A DNA stretch of 64,000 nt from Candidatus Latescibacterota bacterium (GTDB lineage Bacteria > Latescibacterota > UBA2968 > GCA-2709665): assembly GCA_963662665.2 (NCBI GenBank), contig CAXXJS010000010.1:320001-384000 (forward strand), given 5' to 3'. Positions 35,945-46,737 of the stretch are shown piece after piece. Position numbers and translations under genes: made by a program. Under the pieces are notes generated by a model. The model worked only from the letters and a program-made list of their open reading frames with translations, was not told the DNA's origin and ran no database searches. Numbering within the stretch: the stretch's first letter is position 1; the number at the start of each line of letters is the position of its first letter.

Positions 35945-36850
35945 ATGCAGGATCAGATAACCGAATTTCTTCGCCATCTCGCCAGCGAGCGTCGATTGTC
36001 GACGCATACCTGCCGGGCCTACGGGACGGACCTGGAGCGGTTCCATTCTTTCATGCAGGTCCGATGGGGCGCCGAACATCCGGATGTGAGGGGGGTCGCA
36101 CGCGAGGACGTACGGGCATTCCTGGGGCATTTGAACGGCGCCGGATTCGGCAGGCGTTCAATCGCGCGGAAGCTGGCTTCGCTGCGCACGTTTCTTGCCT
36201 ATCTCTGTCGCCTTGGTCGCATGGAGAGGAATCCTGCGCTGCAGGTCCGCCCGCCAAGGCAGGAGAAGACCCTGCCGGTACATCTGGATCCCGGGGAAGT
36301 GCGGCGGGTGCTGGAGCATCCGTCGCCGGATACGGCGTTGGGTTTGCGAGACCGGGCGATTCTCGAGTTATTCTACAGTTCCGGTATCCGTTTGCGGGAA
36401 CTGGCGGAAATCAGTATGGATAGCCTGGACCTGGACGGCGGAACCGTCCGGGTGACCGGGAAGGGCGGTAAGGAACGACTCGTGCCCGTAGGGAGACCCG
36501 CACGGGAAGCCCTGCGCCGGTATCTGGCCCGTCGTTCCGAACTCTTGCAGGCCGATGCGCCTGAGCGTGATCGGCGACGTTTTTTCCTCAGCCGTTCAGG
36601 CAGGGCGTTGAGCGCAAGCGGAGTTCAGGACCGGGTCGTGGGTCATCTCGAAATGGCGACGGGCAGAGGCCGGTTGGGGCCGCATACCTTGCGGCATACG
36701 TTTGCCACCCATCTGCTGGACGCAGGAGCCGACCTGAACGCGGTCAAGGAAATGCTCGGGCACGCGAGCCTGTCCACGACGCAGATTTATACCCACGTGA
36801 GCGTGGAACGCCTGAAAAAGGCCTATCGGCAGGCGCATCCGAGAGCGTAA
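35945..36850 (+). CDS. xerC: Tyrosine recombinase XerC
   Basis: LRDRAILELFYSSGIR, GKGGKER, PHTLRHTFATHLL, LGHASLSTTQIYTH, AHPRA. Downstream of topA. Confidence 0.9.
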   Translation: MQDQITEFLRHLASERRLSTHTCRAYGTDLERFHSFMQVRWGAEHPDVRGVAREDVRAFLGHLNGAGFGRRSIARKLASLRTFLAYLCRLGRMERNPALQVRPPRQEKTLPVHLDPGEVRRVLEHPSPDTALGLRDRAILELFYSSGIRLRELAEISMDSLDLDGGTVRVTGKGGKERLVPVGRPAREALRRYLARRSELLQADAPERDRRRFFLSRSGRALSASGVQDRVVGHLEMATGRGRLGPHTLRHTFATHLLDAGADLNAVKEMLGHASLSTTQIYTHVSVERLKKAYRQAHPRA

Positions 36851-36854
36851 TGGC

Positions 36855-38603
36855 GTGAGAACGGACACGGAAGTCGGCCGCCGCCCAGACAGGATACCCC
36901 CACGTTCCGCTACGTGGGAGAGGGCGACCCGTTTCCTGACGGGCGTTTTCCTGTTTCTCGCGGGAGCGTGCGCAAACCCCATGCCGCCGCCCGGCGGACC
37001 ACCGGATGTGATCCCGCCCCGGGTGGTCCACACGATCCCTGTTGCCGATTCCGTGGGGGTTGAAACGCACACCCGTATCCGCATCCGGTTCAGCGAAGCG
37101 ATGGACCGCCGATCGGTGGCGCGGGCGATTTTCATTTCGCCCCGCTTTTCCACCAATCCGGATTTCAAATGGCGCGGACGGGAACTGGAAATTCGACCAC
37201 GGGAGGACCTCCGTACGGACCGGACCTACGTGGTGTCGGTGGGCGCTGCGAGTTCCGACGAATCGTTCAATCGTATGGACGCGTCCTACAGTTTCGCGTT
37301 CTCCACCGGCCATCGGTTGAGTCGCGGCGAAATCCACGGACGCGTCCTCGTGCGTGCAGGAAAACGGGGGCAGGTATACGTATGGGCGTACGATCTTACG
37401 GGAGCCGACGACCCCGATCCCGCAGCCGCCTCCCCTGCTTACGTGACACAGCCCGGCGTGGACGGAACGTTTCGTTTTGTCCGATTGGACGCCGGGCGGT
37501 ACCGGGTATTTGCGTTCCGCGACGGGGACCGCGATCAGGCGTATCAGCCCGGTGAACCGCTTGCGGTTCCGCCGGGGGACGTCTCGCTTCGTACGGGCGA
37601 TAGCAGTGTGCGTTTGGGCTTGCTGAAGATGGCGGCGCGCGATAGCGTGCCGCCGCGTTTTGTTTCGGCGCGGACACCCGATCGGCGCAGGCTGTCCCTG
37701 CGTTTCGACGAACCCGTTGACCTGACCTCGCCGCCCACCATTTCCGGGGCCGACGGGTTCCTCGAGGTGGAGGCGGTCTACACCGACGCCGGGGATTCCA
37801 ACCGTGTGTGGCTGGTTACAGGGCCGCAGGCGGCGGGAATGGAATACCGTGTGGATCTGGGCGGGATTGCCGACCGGTTCGGCAACGCGATTGCGTCTGG
37901 CGAAGCGGCTACCGTGCGTGGCGAGGGTCAGCCCGACCGACGAGCGCCCAATCCGGTTCGCCTTGAACCGGACGCGGGAGTACGGGATGTTTCGCAAAAC
38001 GCCGGGCTACGGATCGATTTCAGCGAGGCCATGGCTCCCGAGCCGATTCCCGAGTTCTGGGCACTTTCCGACAGTACGGACGCCCCTGCTGGACGGTTTT
38101 CGTGGCCTCATGCCAACCGGCTTGCGTTTCAGCCCGACGAGTTGTGGGCCGCCGGCGAGAGCTACGTTCTGAAGGGACAGGCAAGCACGCTTTCCGACCA
38201 TTCCGGAAACCCTGCCAAAGGTGAGATTGTGTTCCGGTTCACGGTTGCGTCCCCTGACGACCAGGGCGCCGTGAGTGGTGCGGTCGTCTCCTCCGAAACG
38301 CCGATCGTGGTGCAGCTGCGATCTCTATCCCGATCCGACCGCGCGCACGGAGTCACCGTTGCGCCCGGAAATTCCACCTATTTATTGGAATCGATACCGC
38401 CCGGGCGTTACCGGGTACTGGGCTTCGGTGACGTCGACGGCAACGGTATCTGGACGCCTGGGGTGGCCAGGCCGTTCGCTCCCGCCGAACCCGTTTCCGC
38501 GCTTCATGATACTATAGAGGTCGTCCCGCGATGGGAGACGGCCGCCGAAGAGCGGCTCCACGTTCAGGCCTGGGCCGAGACGGCACTCACAGGGGAGGAA
38601 TAG
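36855..38603 (+). CDS. Ig-like (Big_5) domain lipoprotein
   Basis: Lipobox LAGAC-ANPMPPPGGPPD..PP, repeated FSEAM/FDEPV Ig motifs, DGDRD/DVDGNG loops. Confidence 0.85.
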   Translation: MRTDTEVGRRPDRIPPRSATWERATRFLTGVFLFLAGACANPMPPPGGPPDVIPPRVVHTIPVADSVGVETHTRIRIRFSEAMDRRSVARAIFISPRFSTNPDFKWRGRELEIRPREDLRTDRTYVVSVGAASSDESFNRMDASYSFAFSTGHRLSRGEIHGRVLVRAGKRGQVYVWAYDLTGADDPDPAAASPAYVTQPGVDGTFRFVRLDAGRYRVFAFRDGDRDQAYQPGEPLAVPPGDVSLRTGDSSVRLGLLKMAARDSVPPRFVSARTPDRRRLSLRFDEPVDLTSPPTISGADGFLEVEAVYTDAGDSNRVWLVTGPQAAGMEYRVDLGGIADRFGNAIASGEAATVRGEGQPDRRAPNPVRLEPDAGVRDVSQNAGLRIDFSEAMAPEPIPEFWALSDSTDAPAGRFSWPHANRLAFQPDELWAAGESYVLKGQASTLSDHSGNPAKGEIVFRFTVASPDDQGAVSGAVVSSETPIVVQLRSLSRSDRAHGVTVAPGNSTYLLESIPPGRYRVLGFGDVDGNGIWTPGVARPFAPAEPVSALHDTIEVVPRWETAAEERLHVQAWAETALTGEE

Positions 38604-38605
38604 CC

Positions 38606-38998
38606 GTGCCGGAAGCATCGGAACGTGGCCCGTCCGTCAGGAAGCATCTCGTGCCGGCCCTTCTGCTTGTCGCATTCTGCGCGCTGGTGATCTACCGGCT
38701 CACGGCGCAGTCTTCCGAAGATATCGAACGTACGCGCGCCCGGATGCACCTCGAATTGATCTATGGGCTGGAAAGCGCCCACATGCAGGAATATGGAACT
38801 TATCTCCCCATAGACCGTGAAAAAAATGCCGACATACTGAAACTAAACGATGTTCCCGGCAGATTCCGTTTTCGGGTAACGGTGGAAGGGTCGACGTTCG
38901 TTGCCGAAGCGCGGGCGGACCTGGACGGAGACGGATGGCAGGAAGTGTGGTACGTGGACCAGGAGACGCCTGAACCCGTGCTTATACAACAGGATTGA
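38606..38998 (+). CDS. Pilin-like membrane-anchored protein
   Basis: TM helix, then ARMHLELIYGLE..H.QEYGTY and FVAEARADLDGDG..EVW.VDQ, resembling type IV pilin globular domains. GGAGG RBS. Confidence 0.6.
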   Translation: MPEASERGPSVRKHLVPALLLVAFCALVIYRLTAQSSEDIERTRARMHLELIYGLESAHMQEYGTYLPIDREKNADILKLNDVPGRFRFRVTVEGSTFVAEARADLDGDGWQEVWYVDQETPEPVLIQQD

Positions 38999-39001
38999 CT
39001 C

Positions 39002-41557
39002 GTGAGACGTTATTTTGGAATCGGGACGCCTCGATTGTGCGTTTGGCTTGTCGCGCTCGCCCTGGCGGGCTGTTTTTTCGCGGCTCCCGTGTCTGCCTAC
39101 GTGTTTCAAATGCACAGGAACAACCAGCGGCAGATTGTCACGGTCCGCTGGCCCGCCGGAAAGGCTCGCGCAATTGAATTCTGGCTCGAAATCGACCAGT
39201 TTCCCTATTTTGCCGACCATGTGAAACGCCTGGTACGTGACAGTTTCGTCGCCTGGGAGGACGTGCCCATTTCATTCGCGGCGTTCAGGAATCGCGGCGT
39301 TGCCGATCTGGAAGTATCAACCACAGACGGTAAGAACGTCATTACTTTTGACCGGAGCGCCCGGAATTTTCCCGAACGCGGCGGCGGGGGCGTGATCGCG
39401 TTTGCACGGATGAACTGGGACGTTCAGGGACACATTACCGACGTCGATATTGTTTTCAACGGGCGAGACTATTCCTATTCGGTGGGTAATCCCGACGAGG
39501 AGAGCAGCCTGGTGGATATGCAGGACGTGCTGACCCACGAGATCGGTCACCTGTTGGGCCTTGCCCATTCGCCGCTGGCGGGTGAGCCGACGGTTCGTCC
39601 GTCTATGTATCCCTTCTACTTCGGCGAGGAAAGGACCCTTACCACCGACGACCGGGCGGGGGTCGCTGCGCTCTACCCGTCGACCGCGGCGATAACGTCT
39701 ACGGGCGCAATTTCCGGACGGGTGACACACCGGGACGGCGAGGGGGCATTCGGGGTACACGTGGTGGCATACCGCGCGGATTCCGGTGCGTTCGCCGCTG
39801 GCGTACTTTCCGGTACGGCAGGTGAGAACCGGGGGATGGGCGGTGACGGGGCCTATGAAATCAAGGGTCTGCCGCCAGGTGAATATCACGTGGGCATCGA
39901 ACCGGTGGGCGGATCGGTGACCACGCGGAATTTCGGCGGCATTTACACGGAGTTCGAATCCGGTTTCCCCGAGGAATATTTCGACAACCGGGCGATCCGT
40001 GACGTGGCCGACGCGATTCGGGTTCCCGGCGGCAGGAGCGTAGCGGAAGTCAACTTTACGCTCGGCACTGCGCTTCCGGGCTATCCGGACGTTCAACCTG
40101 CCGTTCTTCCGAACAACACGCCGAGCCCGACCGGGCCGTATCGGCTGCACGTGCGCATACTGGATGAGGATCCGATTTCTTTGGTGGAGGTGGACTACCG
40201 GACTGACGGCGGACCCGTCCGGACGCTGGTGTTGCAGCGTGAACATGGACAGTTTTATTCCGCCGAGTTTCCGGGGCGGGAGCGCGGAACGGTGATTACC
40301 TACCGGTTCCGGGCGCAGGACAGTCAGGGCAACGAGACTATCTACCCAGCCGAGGAATTGCCGGAACTGCGGTTTGAAGTGCTTGCGCTATCCGGTGAGC
40401 CGGTCGTATACGTGGCGCTGCGTCGTTCGAGGCAGTTGGCCGTCTTCGATACGGGCCTGGACCGCGAAGTGGCCCGGATTCCGCTGGGGGGCGACCCCTT
40501 GAGCGTGTTGTTGACACCCGACGAGCGATTTGTGTACGTGGCCAACAACGGCGTCGACGCGGATGGCGCGGAAAACAAGCTGATGGCGATCGATACATCC
40601 ACGCACGAAGTCCTGGTGACCCGCGTGGGGCGCGAGCCGCTGGATCTGGCGATGCCTCGAAACGGGTCGAGCGTATACGTGAGCAATGCCGCGGACCAGA
40701 CCGTTTCCGTCGTGGACGTGGGCAGTCTGCGGGAAAGGCGGCGCATTTCCATTCCCGTTTCCGGTGAGGGTGAAGCCACACGCGGCCCGTTCGGTATTGC
40801 CGTGGGGCCTGGGGAAAAGTGGTTATACGCAGCGGACATCGATGGGAATCAGGTGGTGGTGGTGGATATCGAAGCCGGTCAGGTGACCCAGCGGATCGAC
40901 GTTGCCGTTTCGCCGCGGTCCCTGCTGCTTTCTCCCTCGGGAGAACGTCTCTATGTGTCCAGGTTCGGACGTAGCGGAAACGGGGCTGGCATTACGGTAA
41001 TCGATACCGATACATACGAGATTGTAAGTGAAATCGATCAGCCCGCCGCGAGCATTTTCAGGCTTGCCCTCTCGCCGGACGGTAAACGCCTGTATGCGAC
41101 GGATCGGACCAATGCCAGGGTGCTGGTTATCAATACCGAACTGAATCGTGTCATTCTGAAGTGGTCGTCGCGAGGGCGAGAAACGCGCGACATTGCCGTC
41201 TCCGCCGACGGCAAGACCATCTACGCGGCCAACCAGGACTCGAACGAACTGCTGTTTATCGATGCGGCATCGGGGTTCATTCGCAAGACGCTCACGCTGG
41301 AAGACGGGCCACGGGGTATCGCTGTTCGCGGGCAACCGGTCTACGAAGACGCGCCCGTCATCGATCCGAGACGCGCCGACTTCGACCGAGACGGAACTGT
41401 CGGGTTCAGCGACTTCGTGATTTTTGCCCGCAGTTTCGGCGCAAGTTCCGGCGATCCGAATTTCGACGTGAACCTGGACCTGAATGGCGACGAGCAGGTC
41501 AGCTTTGCGGATTTTGTCCTTTTCGCCGCGGTGTTCGGGATGTCCGCGGGAGGGTAG
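39002..41557 (+). CDS. Secreted matrixin-type Zn metalloprotease with YncE-like beta-propeller and dockerin-like tail
   Basis: HEIGHLLGLAHS + Met-turn SMYP, repeated (S/T)PDG..(L/V)YV blades, twin ADFDRDGTVGFSDF / LDLNGDEQVSFADF loops. Confidence 0.88.
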   Translation: MRRYFGIGTPRLCVWLVALALAGCFFAAPVSAYVFQMHRNNQRQIVTVRWPAGKARAIEFWLEIDQFPYFADHVKRLVRDSFVAWEDVPISFAAFRNRGVADLEVSTTDGKNVITFDRSARNFPERGGGGVIAFARMNWDVQGHITDVDIVFNGRDYSYSVGNPDEESSLVDMQDVLTHEIGHLLGLAHSPLAGEPTVRPSMYPFYFGEERTLTTDDRAGVAALYPSTAAITSTGAISGRVTHRDGEGAFGVHVVAYRADSGAFAAGVLSGTAGENRGMGGDGAYEIKGLPPGEYHVGIEPVGGSVTTRNFGGIYTEFESGFPEEYFDNRAIRDVADAIRVPGGRSVAEVNFTLGTALPGYPDVQPAVLPNNTPSPTGPYRLHVRILDEDPISLVEVDYRTDGGPVRTLVLQREHGQFYSAEFPGRERGTVITYRFRAQDSQGNETIYPAEELPELRFEVLALSGEPVVYVALRRSRQLAVFDTGLDREVARIPLGGDPLSVLLTPDERFVYVANNGVDADGAENKLMAIDTSTHEVLVTRVGREPLDLAMPRNGSSVYVSNAADQTVSVVDVGSLRERRRISIPVSGEGEATRGPFGIAVGPGEKWLYAADIDGNQVVVVDIEAGQVTQRIDVAVSPRSLLLSPSGERLYVSRFGRSGNGAGITVIDTDTYEIVSEIDQPAASIFRLALSPDGKRLYATDRTNARVLVINTELNRVILKWSSRGRETRDIAVSADGKTIYAANQDSNELLFIDAASGFIRKTLTLEDGPRGIAVRGQPVYEDAPVIDPRRADFDRDGTVGFSDFVIFARSFGASSGDPNFDVNLDLNGDEQVSFADFVLFAAVFGMSAGG

Positions 41558-41864
41558 GCAAGAGTCCTTTGCCGGCAAGTGGGAGGGTTTTTTCAAGTAG
41601 TTTGGCGTTAACTCGCCGTTCTTTGCAATCAGTCAGTGCTGTATTGCCCGTCGTTTGTCAAACGATGGTCTGCCGGCCGTCACACAATTCGTCGGCAATA
41701 GCGTAGGAGGTCGGGATTTCCCGACCTTTTTTCGTGATCGGGAATCCATACCCATTGACAAGCCCTTCCGTAGATGCCAAATTACCTGTCTGGTAGAGGT
41801 GGTGGACCGAAATATTATTGGCTCGGCCGTTTATTAAGTCATACCGACATCCCGAGGATTCGCG

Positions 41865-43340
41865 ATGCGTTCTACCATGTTGTTGAACGACAACCGCCGC
41901 TTGTTTCTCGATGACGAGGAAATCGCGGAGACCTTTCGTGTTTACCGCAAATATCACTCGCCGGTCAAATACGTCGGAAATCCGCTGCTCGTTGGAAATC
42001 AATTCCACGACGCGAGGGAGGGCGTGCGGTATGAGGAGGACGAGGTTCCGCGGGAGGGCGGCGTTGAGAAACCGAACGACAGCCTGACCCCCACGTCGGC
42101 GGTTCGCGGCCATTCGGGCTTGTTTCAGATGTATTATCAGATGAAACCGCCGGGAATCACGGACTTCGGGTACGGGGGCGGGACGCCGGTGGTGGCCTAC
42201 GCGGAGTCGCATAACGGGATTCACTGGCGGCTTCCGGCGTTAGGGCGGGTCGAAATCAACGGAAGCACCGAAAACAATGTTTTATTCGAGCCTCCGGGGA
42301 GTTTGCCGTGCGTCGTCATCGACGATCGCGAAATGGATGGTGCCCGACGGTACAAGATGATATACTATCCATCCAGCATCAGCTTCTCGCCGGACGGCGT
42401 ACGGTGGTCCGGCCCGGAGAAGGTGGCCGTGCCAAGCCGGATCGGTCATTCAGACGGGCTGAACTGCCTGGCGGGGTGGGACGCGGACATCGGGCGGTAC
42501 GTGGCGTATTTCCGCCCCCAGGTAGCGAGTCCGGGTCAATCCATCGATCCGGACGGTACCGCGGTTCGACTGATTGCTCGGAGCGAAAGCGAGGATCTCA
42601 CCGGGTGGTCGGAGCTCGAGACAGTGCTTGCGCCGGACGGCGATGACCCCGACGGTACCGAGTTCCAGACAATCGGTGTCTTTTTCTACGAGGGGATGTA
42701 CGTTGGATTGCTGTGCGTGCACGAAGGATTCGCCGAAGAACGACCCAAACGGTTTCCCTATCGGCTGCCGGACTGGCCGGCGCATTCCGCGATGCTGGGC
42801 CGCTGTTACATCGAGCTGGTAACGAGCCGGGACGGTGTTCGCTGGAACCGGTCGGAGGGGCGCGTGCCTTTTCTGGATACAACTCCCGGCGGGCTGGACT
42901 CCGGGATTGTCTGGCCCGCGAACTCGCCGGTGACGGTGGGCGACGAACTCTGGTTCTATTACGGGATGAGGGTGCACGGCCACGGGTTGTCATACGTCAA
43001 TCTTCCGGGCCTCGCCAGGCTGAGGCGAGACGGATTTGCGAGTCTGTGCGCCGGGGAGCAGGCGGGGTGGGTGGTAACGGCGATGTTCGTCTGTCCGGGC
43101 GGCCGGCTCCATGTGAACGCGAATGCCGCGGGCGGGGAACTGTCGGCGTCCGTAATCGAGCAGGACGGGTATCACGCGCCTGAGTACGCCGTGGTCCGGT
43201 GCGCCGCGTTGGACGGAGACGCGATCTCCCATCGGCTGACGTGGATGGAACGGGCGGATCTGGATCCTCTGAAGGGTAAGAAGATCAGGCTGAAATTCTA
43301 CTTGAGGCAGGCGGATCTTTTTTCATATTGGTTCGAGTAG
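41865..43340 (+). CDS. Five-bladed beta-propeller glycosidase-like protein
   Basis: RLFLDD, AYAES.NGIHW, RYKM, WD...RYVAYFR, SRDGVRWNR, DELWFYY, LARLRRDGF, LHVNA. Confidence 0.75.
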   Translation: MRSTMLLNDNRRLFLDDEEIAETFRVYRKYHSPVKYVGNPLLVGNQFHDAREGVRYEEDEVPREGGVEKPNDSLTPTSAVRGHSGLFQMYYQMKPPGITDFGYGGGTPVVAYAESHNGIHWRLPALGRVEINGSTENNVLFEPPGSLPCVVIDDREMDGARRYKMIYYPSSISFSPDGVRWSGPEKVAVPSRIGHSDGLNCLAGWDADIGRYVAYFRPQVASPGQSIDPDGTAVRLIARSESEDLTGWSELETVLAPDGDDPDGTEFQTIGVFFYEGMYVGLLCVHEGFAEERPKRFPYRLPDWPAHSAMLGRCYIELVTSRDGVRWNRSEGRVPFLDTTPGGLDSGIVWPANSPVTVGDELWFYYGMRVHGHGLSYVNLPGLARLRRDGFASLCAGEQAGWVVTAMFVCPGGRLHVNANAAGGELSASVIEQDGYHAPEYAVVRCAALDGDAISHRLTWMERADLDPLKGKKIRLKFYLRQADLFSYWFE

Positions 43341-43521
43341 GCGTGTACCCGATACTGTAACGGAGGAACGGAATGAACGTGTACCGGATATTCGTATGGG
43401 GATTCTAAAACAGCATCCGAGACTGGACCCCGGCTGTTTCAGTTTCCGGAGATCATAATGCACTCGGCGCGCCGACGGGGGGCTGGAAACCACATGCGCG
43501 CAACCACACCATTTCAAAAGG

Positions 43522-45714
43522 ATGGACTTCACAATGAGGATCCAGAGACGTTTCGATTCCGTCAGCGCCGCCAAAACCTGGGACCGTAAGCCCGAATCCC
43601 GATCGGGCGACCGAGAACTCCTGCCTGACATGTTCGGTAAAGACACTTTCGGACTGCGCGAAATGCAGTCCAGGCTTCCGGAAAACGTTTTCAATCAGCT
43701 CGTCCGGACGATTCACCACGGAAAGCAACTCGATTCCGATATTGCGGACACGGTGGCTGCGGCGATGAAAGACTGGGCACTCTCCATGGGCGCGACCCAC
43801 TATACGCACTGGTTCCAGCCGCTCACGGGGCACACTGCCGAGAAGCACGACTCCTTCCTGAAGGTGGGCGCAGACGCCCGCGCCATCACCGAGTTCGGCG
43901 GCGACGAACTCGTCCAGGGCGAGCCGGACGCGTCGTCGTTCCCATCGGGTGGCTTACGGGCTACCTTCGAGGCACGCGGCTATACGGCCTGGGATCCTAC
44001 CTCTCCCGCTTTCATCATGGGCGGCGAGTCGGCAACGTACCTCTGCATTCCCACTGCTTTTTCCAGCTGGACTGGAGAGAGTCTTGACGCCAAGATCCCG
44101 CTGCTCCGGTCGATGGACGCACTCGACCGGGTCACGCGACGAGCGCTCAAGCTCTTTGATATCGACGCCGGGATGGTTACCGCCAGCCTCGGTCCCGAGC
44201 AGGAGTTCTTTCTCGTGGACCGTGAGTTCTACTACCGCAGACCCGACCTCATGACGTCGGGTCGAACACTCTTCGGGGCAAAGCCTCCGAGGGGGCAGGA
44301 ACTCGACGACCACTATTTCGGACAGATCCACGAGCGAGTGCTGGCGTGCATCCAGTCCATCGAGATGGACCTGTACCGGCTGGGGGTGCCAATGAAGACG
44401 CGCCATAACGAGGTGGCGCCGGGGCAATACGAAATGGCGCCGGTCTACGAGAACGCGAACCTGGCGTCGGACCATCAGCAGCTGACGATGAGGGTCCTGG
44501 AGCGAAACGCGCGCAGCTATGGATTCATCTGCCTCTTGCATGAGAAGCCCTTCGCAGGGATCAACGGCAGCGGCAAGCACGTGAACTGGTCCTTCGGCAC
44601 TTCGGAACGCAACCTGTTGGATCCGGGTGACACGCCTCATGACAACCTTATGTTCCTGTTCTTCTGTACCGCGGTGATGAGCGCGGTCGAGCAGCACCAG
44701 GACCTGCTCCTGGCCAGCGTCTCAAGCGCCGGGAACGATCACCGTTTGGGCGCCAATGAAGCCCCGCCGTCGATCATCTCGGTGTTCCTGGGCAGCCAGC
44801 TCGAAGACATCTTTAACCAGCTTGAGGAATCCGGCAAGGCCCAGAAGCGGGAACACGATGGCCTCCTCGGCCTGGGAGTCAATGTCCTCCCCGACCTTAC
44901 GCGCCATTCCGGAGACCGCAACCGCACGTCTCCATTTGCATTCACAGGGAACAAGTTCGAGTTCCGCGCGGTCGGCTCGTCGGCGAATATCTCGCTGTCG
45001 GCAACCGTCCTCAACACAATCGTGGCGGAGGCAATCGACAATTGGACCGAGCTGCTGGAGCCGATCGTGGACGCCGGCACCTCGATCGACGATGCGCTCT
45101 GGACGCTGTTGGCCAACGAGATCCCGTCCTTCAAGAGGATCATTTTCAACGGCGACAATTACGCGACCGAGTGGGTCGAGGAGGCCGCGGGCCGCGGGCT
45201 GCACAACGCGGGCTCGGCGATCGATGCGCTGGTTGCGCTCGCCTCGCCCGGGAACGAGGAGCTTTTCGACAAGTACGGCGTCCTGTCGCCACGCGAACTG
45301 GCGGCCAGGCTGGAGGTGCTCAGCGAGCAGTACTTCATCAAGATCAACATCGAAGGCGAAACGGCGGCGCACATGGCCCGCTGCATGATCCTGCCTGCCG
45401 CGGTCACCTACCTGAAGCAGCTCACGTCGGCGCTGAACGGGACGAAGAAGGCGGACGGCTCCACAAAGGGTCTCGAAAGAAACATCATGAGGGTTTCTGG
45501 CTTGTTCGATGAATTGAGCGATGCGCTGGACGAGCTCGACACGCAAAACGAAGAACTCGGCGGAGACGAGATTTCGTCCAAGGTGGTCCACATGCGCGAC
45601 AATGTGATCCCTGCGATGAATGCGGTGCGCGAGGTGGCGGACCGATTGGAGAGAGTGATTCCGGACGATCTGTGGCCGCTGCCGACGTACCGCGACATGC
45701 TGTTCGTGAGGTAG
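43522..45714 (+). CDS. glnA: Glutamine synthetase type III
   Basis: GATHYTHWFQPLT, EPDASSFPSGGLR, HNEVAP, HEKPFAGINGSGKH, HRLGANEAPP, DRNRTSPFAFTGNKFEFR. 730 aa. Confidence 0.96.
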   Translation: MDFTMRIQRRFDSVSAAKTWDRKPESRSGDRELLPDMFGKDTFGLREMQSRLPENVFNQLVRTIHHGKQLDSDIADTVAAAMKDWALSMGATHYTHWFQPLTGHTAEKHDSFLKVGADARAITEFGGDELVQGEPDASSFPSGGLRATFEARGYTAWDPTSPAFIMGGESATYLCIPTAFSSWTGESLDAKIPLLRSMDALDRVTRRALKLFDIDAGMVTASLGPEQEFFLVDREFYYRRPDLMTSGRTLFGAKPPRGQELDDHYFGQIHERVLACIQSIEMDLYRLGVPMKTRHNEVAPGQYEMAPVYENANLASDHQQLTMRVLERNARSYGFICLLHEKPFAGINGSGKHVNWSFGTSERNLLDPGDTPHDNLMFLFFCTAVMSAVEQHQDLLLASVSSAGNDHRLGANEAPPSIISVFLGSQLEDIFNQLEESGKAQKREHDGLLGLGVNVLPDLTRHSGDRNRTSPFAFTGNKFEFRAVGSSANISLSATVLNTIVAEAIDNWTELLEPIVDAGTSIDDALWTLLANEIPSFKRIIFNGDNYATEWVEEAAGRGLHNAGSAIDALVALASPGNEELFDKYGVLSPRELAARLEVLSEQYFIKINIEGETAAHMARCMILPAAVTYLKQLTSALNGTKKADGSTKGLERNIMRVSGLFDELSDALDELDTQNEELGGDEISSKVVHMRDNVIPAMNAVREVADRLERVIPDDLWPLPTYRDMLFVR

Positions 45715-45858
45715 GGGTTGCGTCTAAGAGGGGCGACTCGACGGCCGGATTGTGGGCAACTCATTTCCGGGACAGAACACTGATACCTTTACCTTGACGG
45801 CTTCGTGAATCCGGGTTCGAGGGTGGCGCAGACGATCATTGTCAGAGAGTGATGGCAT

Positions 45859-46380
45859 ATGAGAACGACATGCCTGGCGGCGGCCGTTGCTGTATTCGTG
45901 GTGATTTTGGCTGCCGGTTCGGGAGCAGCTGAAAAATCGATGGATGCAAGGGTCCTCGACAGGTGGTTAGGGAACTGGAAACATCACGTTATTGTCAAGC
46001 CCGCTGCCTGGTCGCTCGTCGGTGTCGAGTTGCGAGGTACTTCTACTGCCGAATGGATTCTGAGCGGGCGGTACCAACAGGTTTCCAGCCGGAGCGGCGA
46101 CAAGGAAACGCGTGAGATCCACCGGTTTGACGCGGATAGCTGTCAGTTTCACAAGTGGGCGTTCGACTCTGACGGCGGGCACAGTTTCTGGGTTGGCGCG
46201 TGGGACGCAGAGTCGGAAACGATGACGTGGAAATACATGGATTTCGGCCTGGGTATAGAGGGAAAGATCGTCAATCGGTTTACCGGTGTCGACAAATACG
46301 AAACGACGCTTGTTTTAAGGGACAGCCAGGGAAACGCGCTGCTGGATTTACGGTCTCAACATACACGAATAGGCGATTGA
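45859..46380 (+). CDS. Exported DUF1579-like beta-barrel protein
   Basis: Signal peptide, LDRWLGNW, EWILSGRY, WAFDSDG..G.WD. Confidence 0.7.
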   Translation: MRTTCLAAAVAVFVVILAAGSGAAEKSMDARVLDRWLGNWKHHVIVKPAAWSLVGVELRGTSTAEWILSGRYQQVSSRSGDKETREIHRFDADSCQFHKWAFDSDGGHSFWVGAWDAESETMTWKYMDFGLGIEGKIVNRFTGVDKYETTLVLRDSQGNALLDLRSQHTRIGD

Positions 46381-46511
46381 CACGAACAGGATGCCGGTAC
46401 GCCTTCATTGACTCCCGATGGATTCGGAAATTACACACGGCAGGATCCAACAAGGCGCGCGATGTGCTCCCGGGCCGATTCGCGACGTGTCCGGGCTCGA
46501 GAAAATTCAAC

Positions 46512-46540
46512 TTGACATTGTACCGATGCGACCCTAAGAT
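46512..46540 (+). promoter_or_regulatory. Sigma70-type promoter upstream of the porin gene
   Basis: TTGACA-17-TAAGAT, about 200 nt before the start codon. Confidence 0.55.
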
Positions 46541-46737
46541 TAGTCGTTTTGGTATTTGCAGGAATTCCCCAGTTGGTCCGATCCAGGCTGCCGGATCTCC
46601 TTCGCACGGATTAAAGAACCCGAGCCGCAACCTCCACGGAATTTTCCCTCAGTACGAATTCACGAACGTATCGTCAACTTCCGGTCCCGGTGAAATCCGC
46701 AATGGATATCACCAAAACGTATGGAGGAATGAAGAAT

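Noticed and set aside
35945-36850. Tyrosine recombinase as an island or prophage integrase
   Set aside because: Size, AHPRA terminus and position after topA fit housekeeping XerC.
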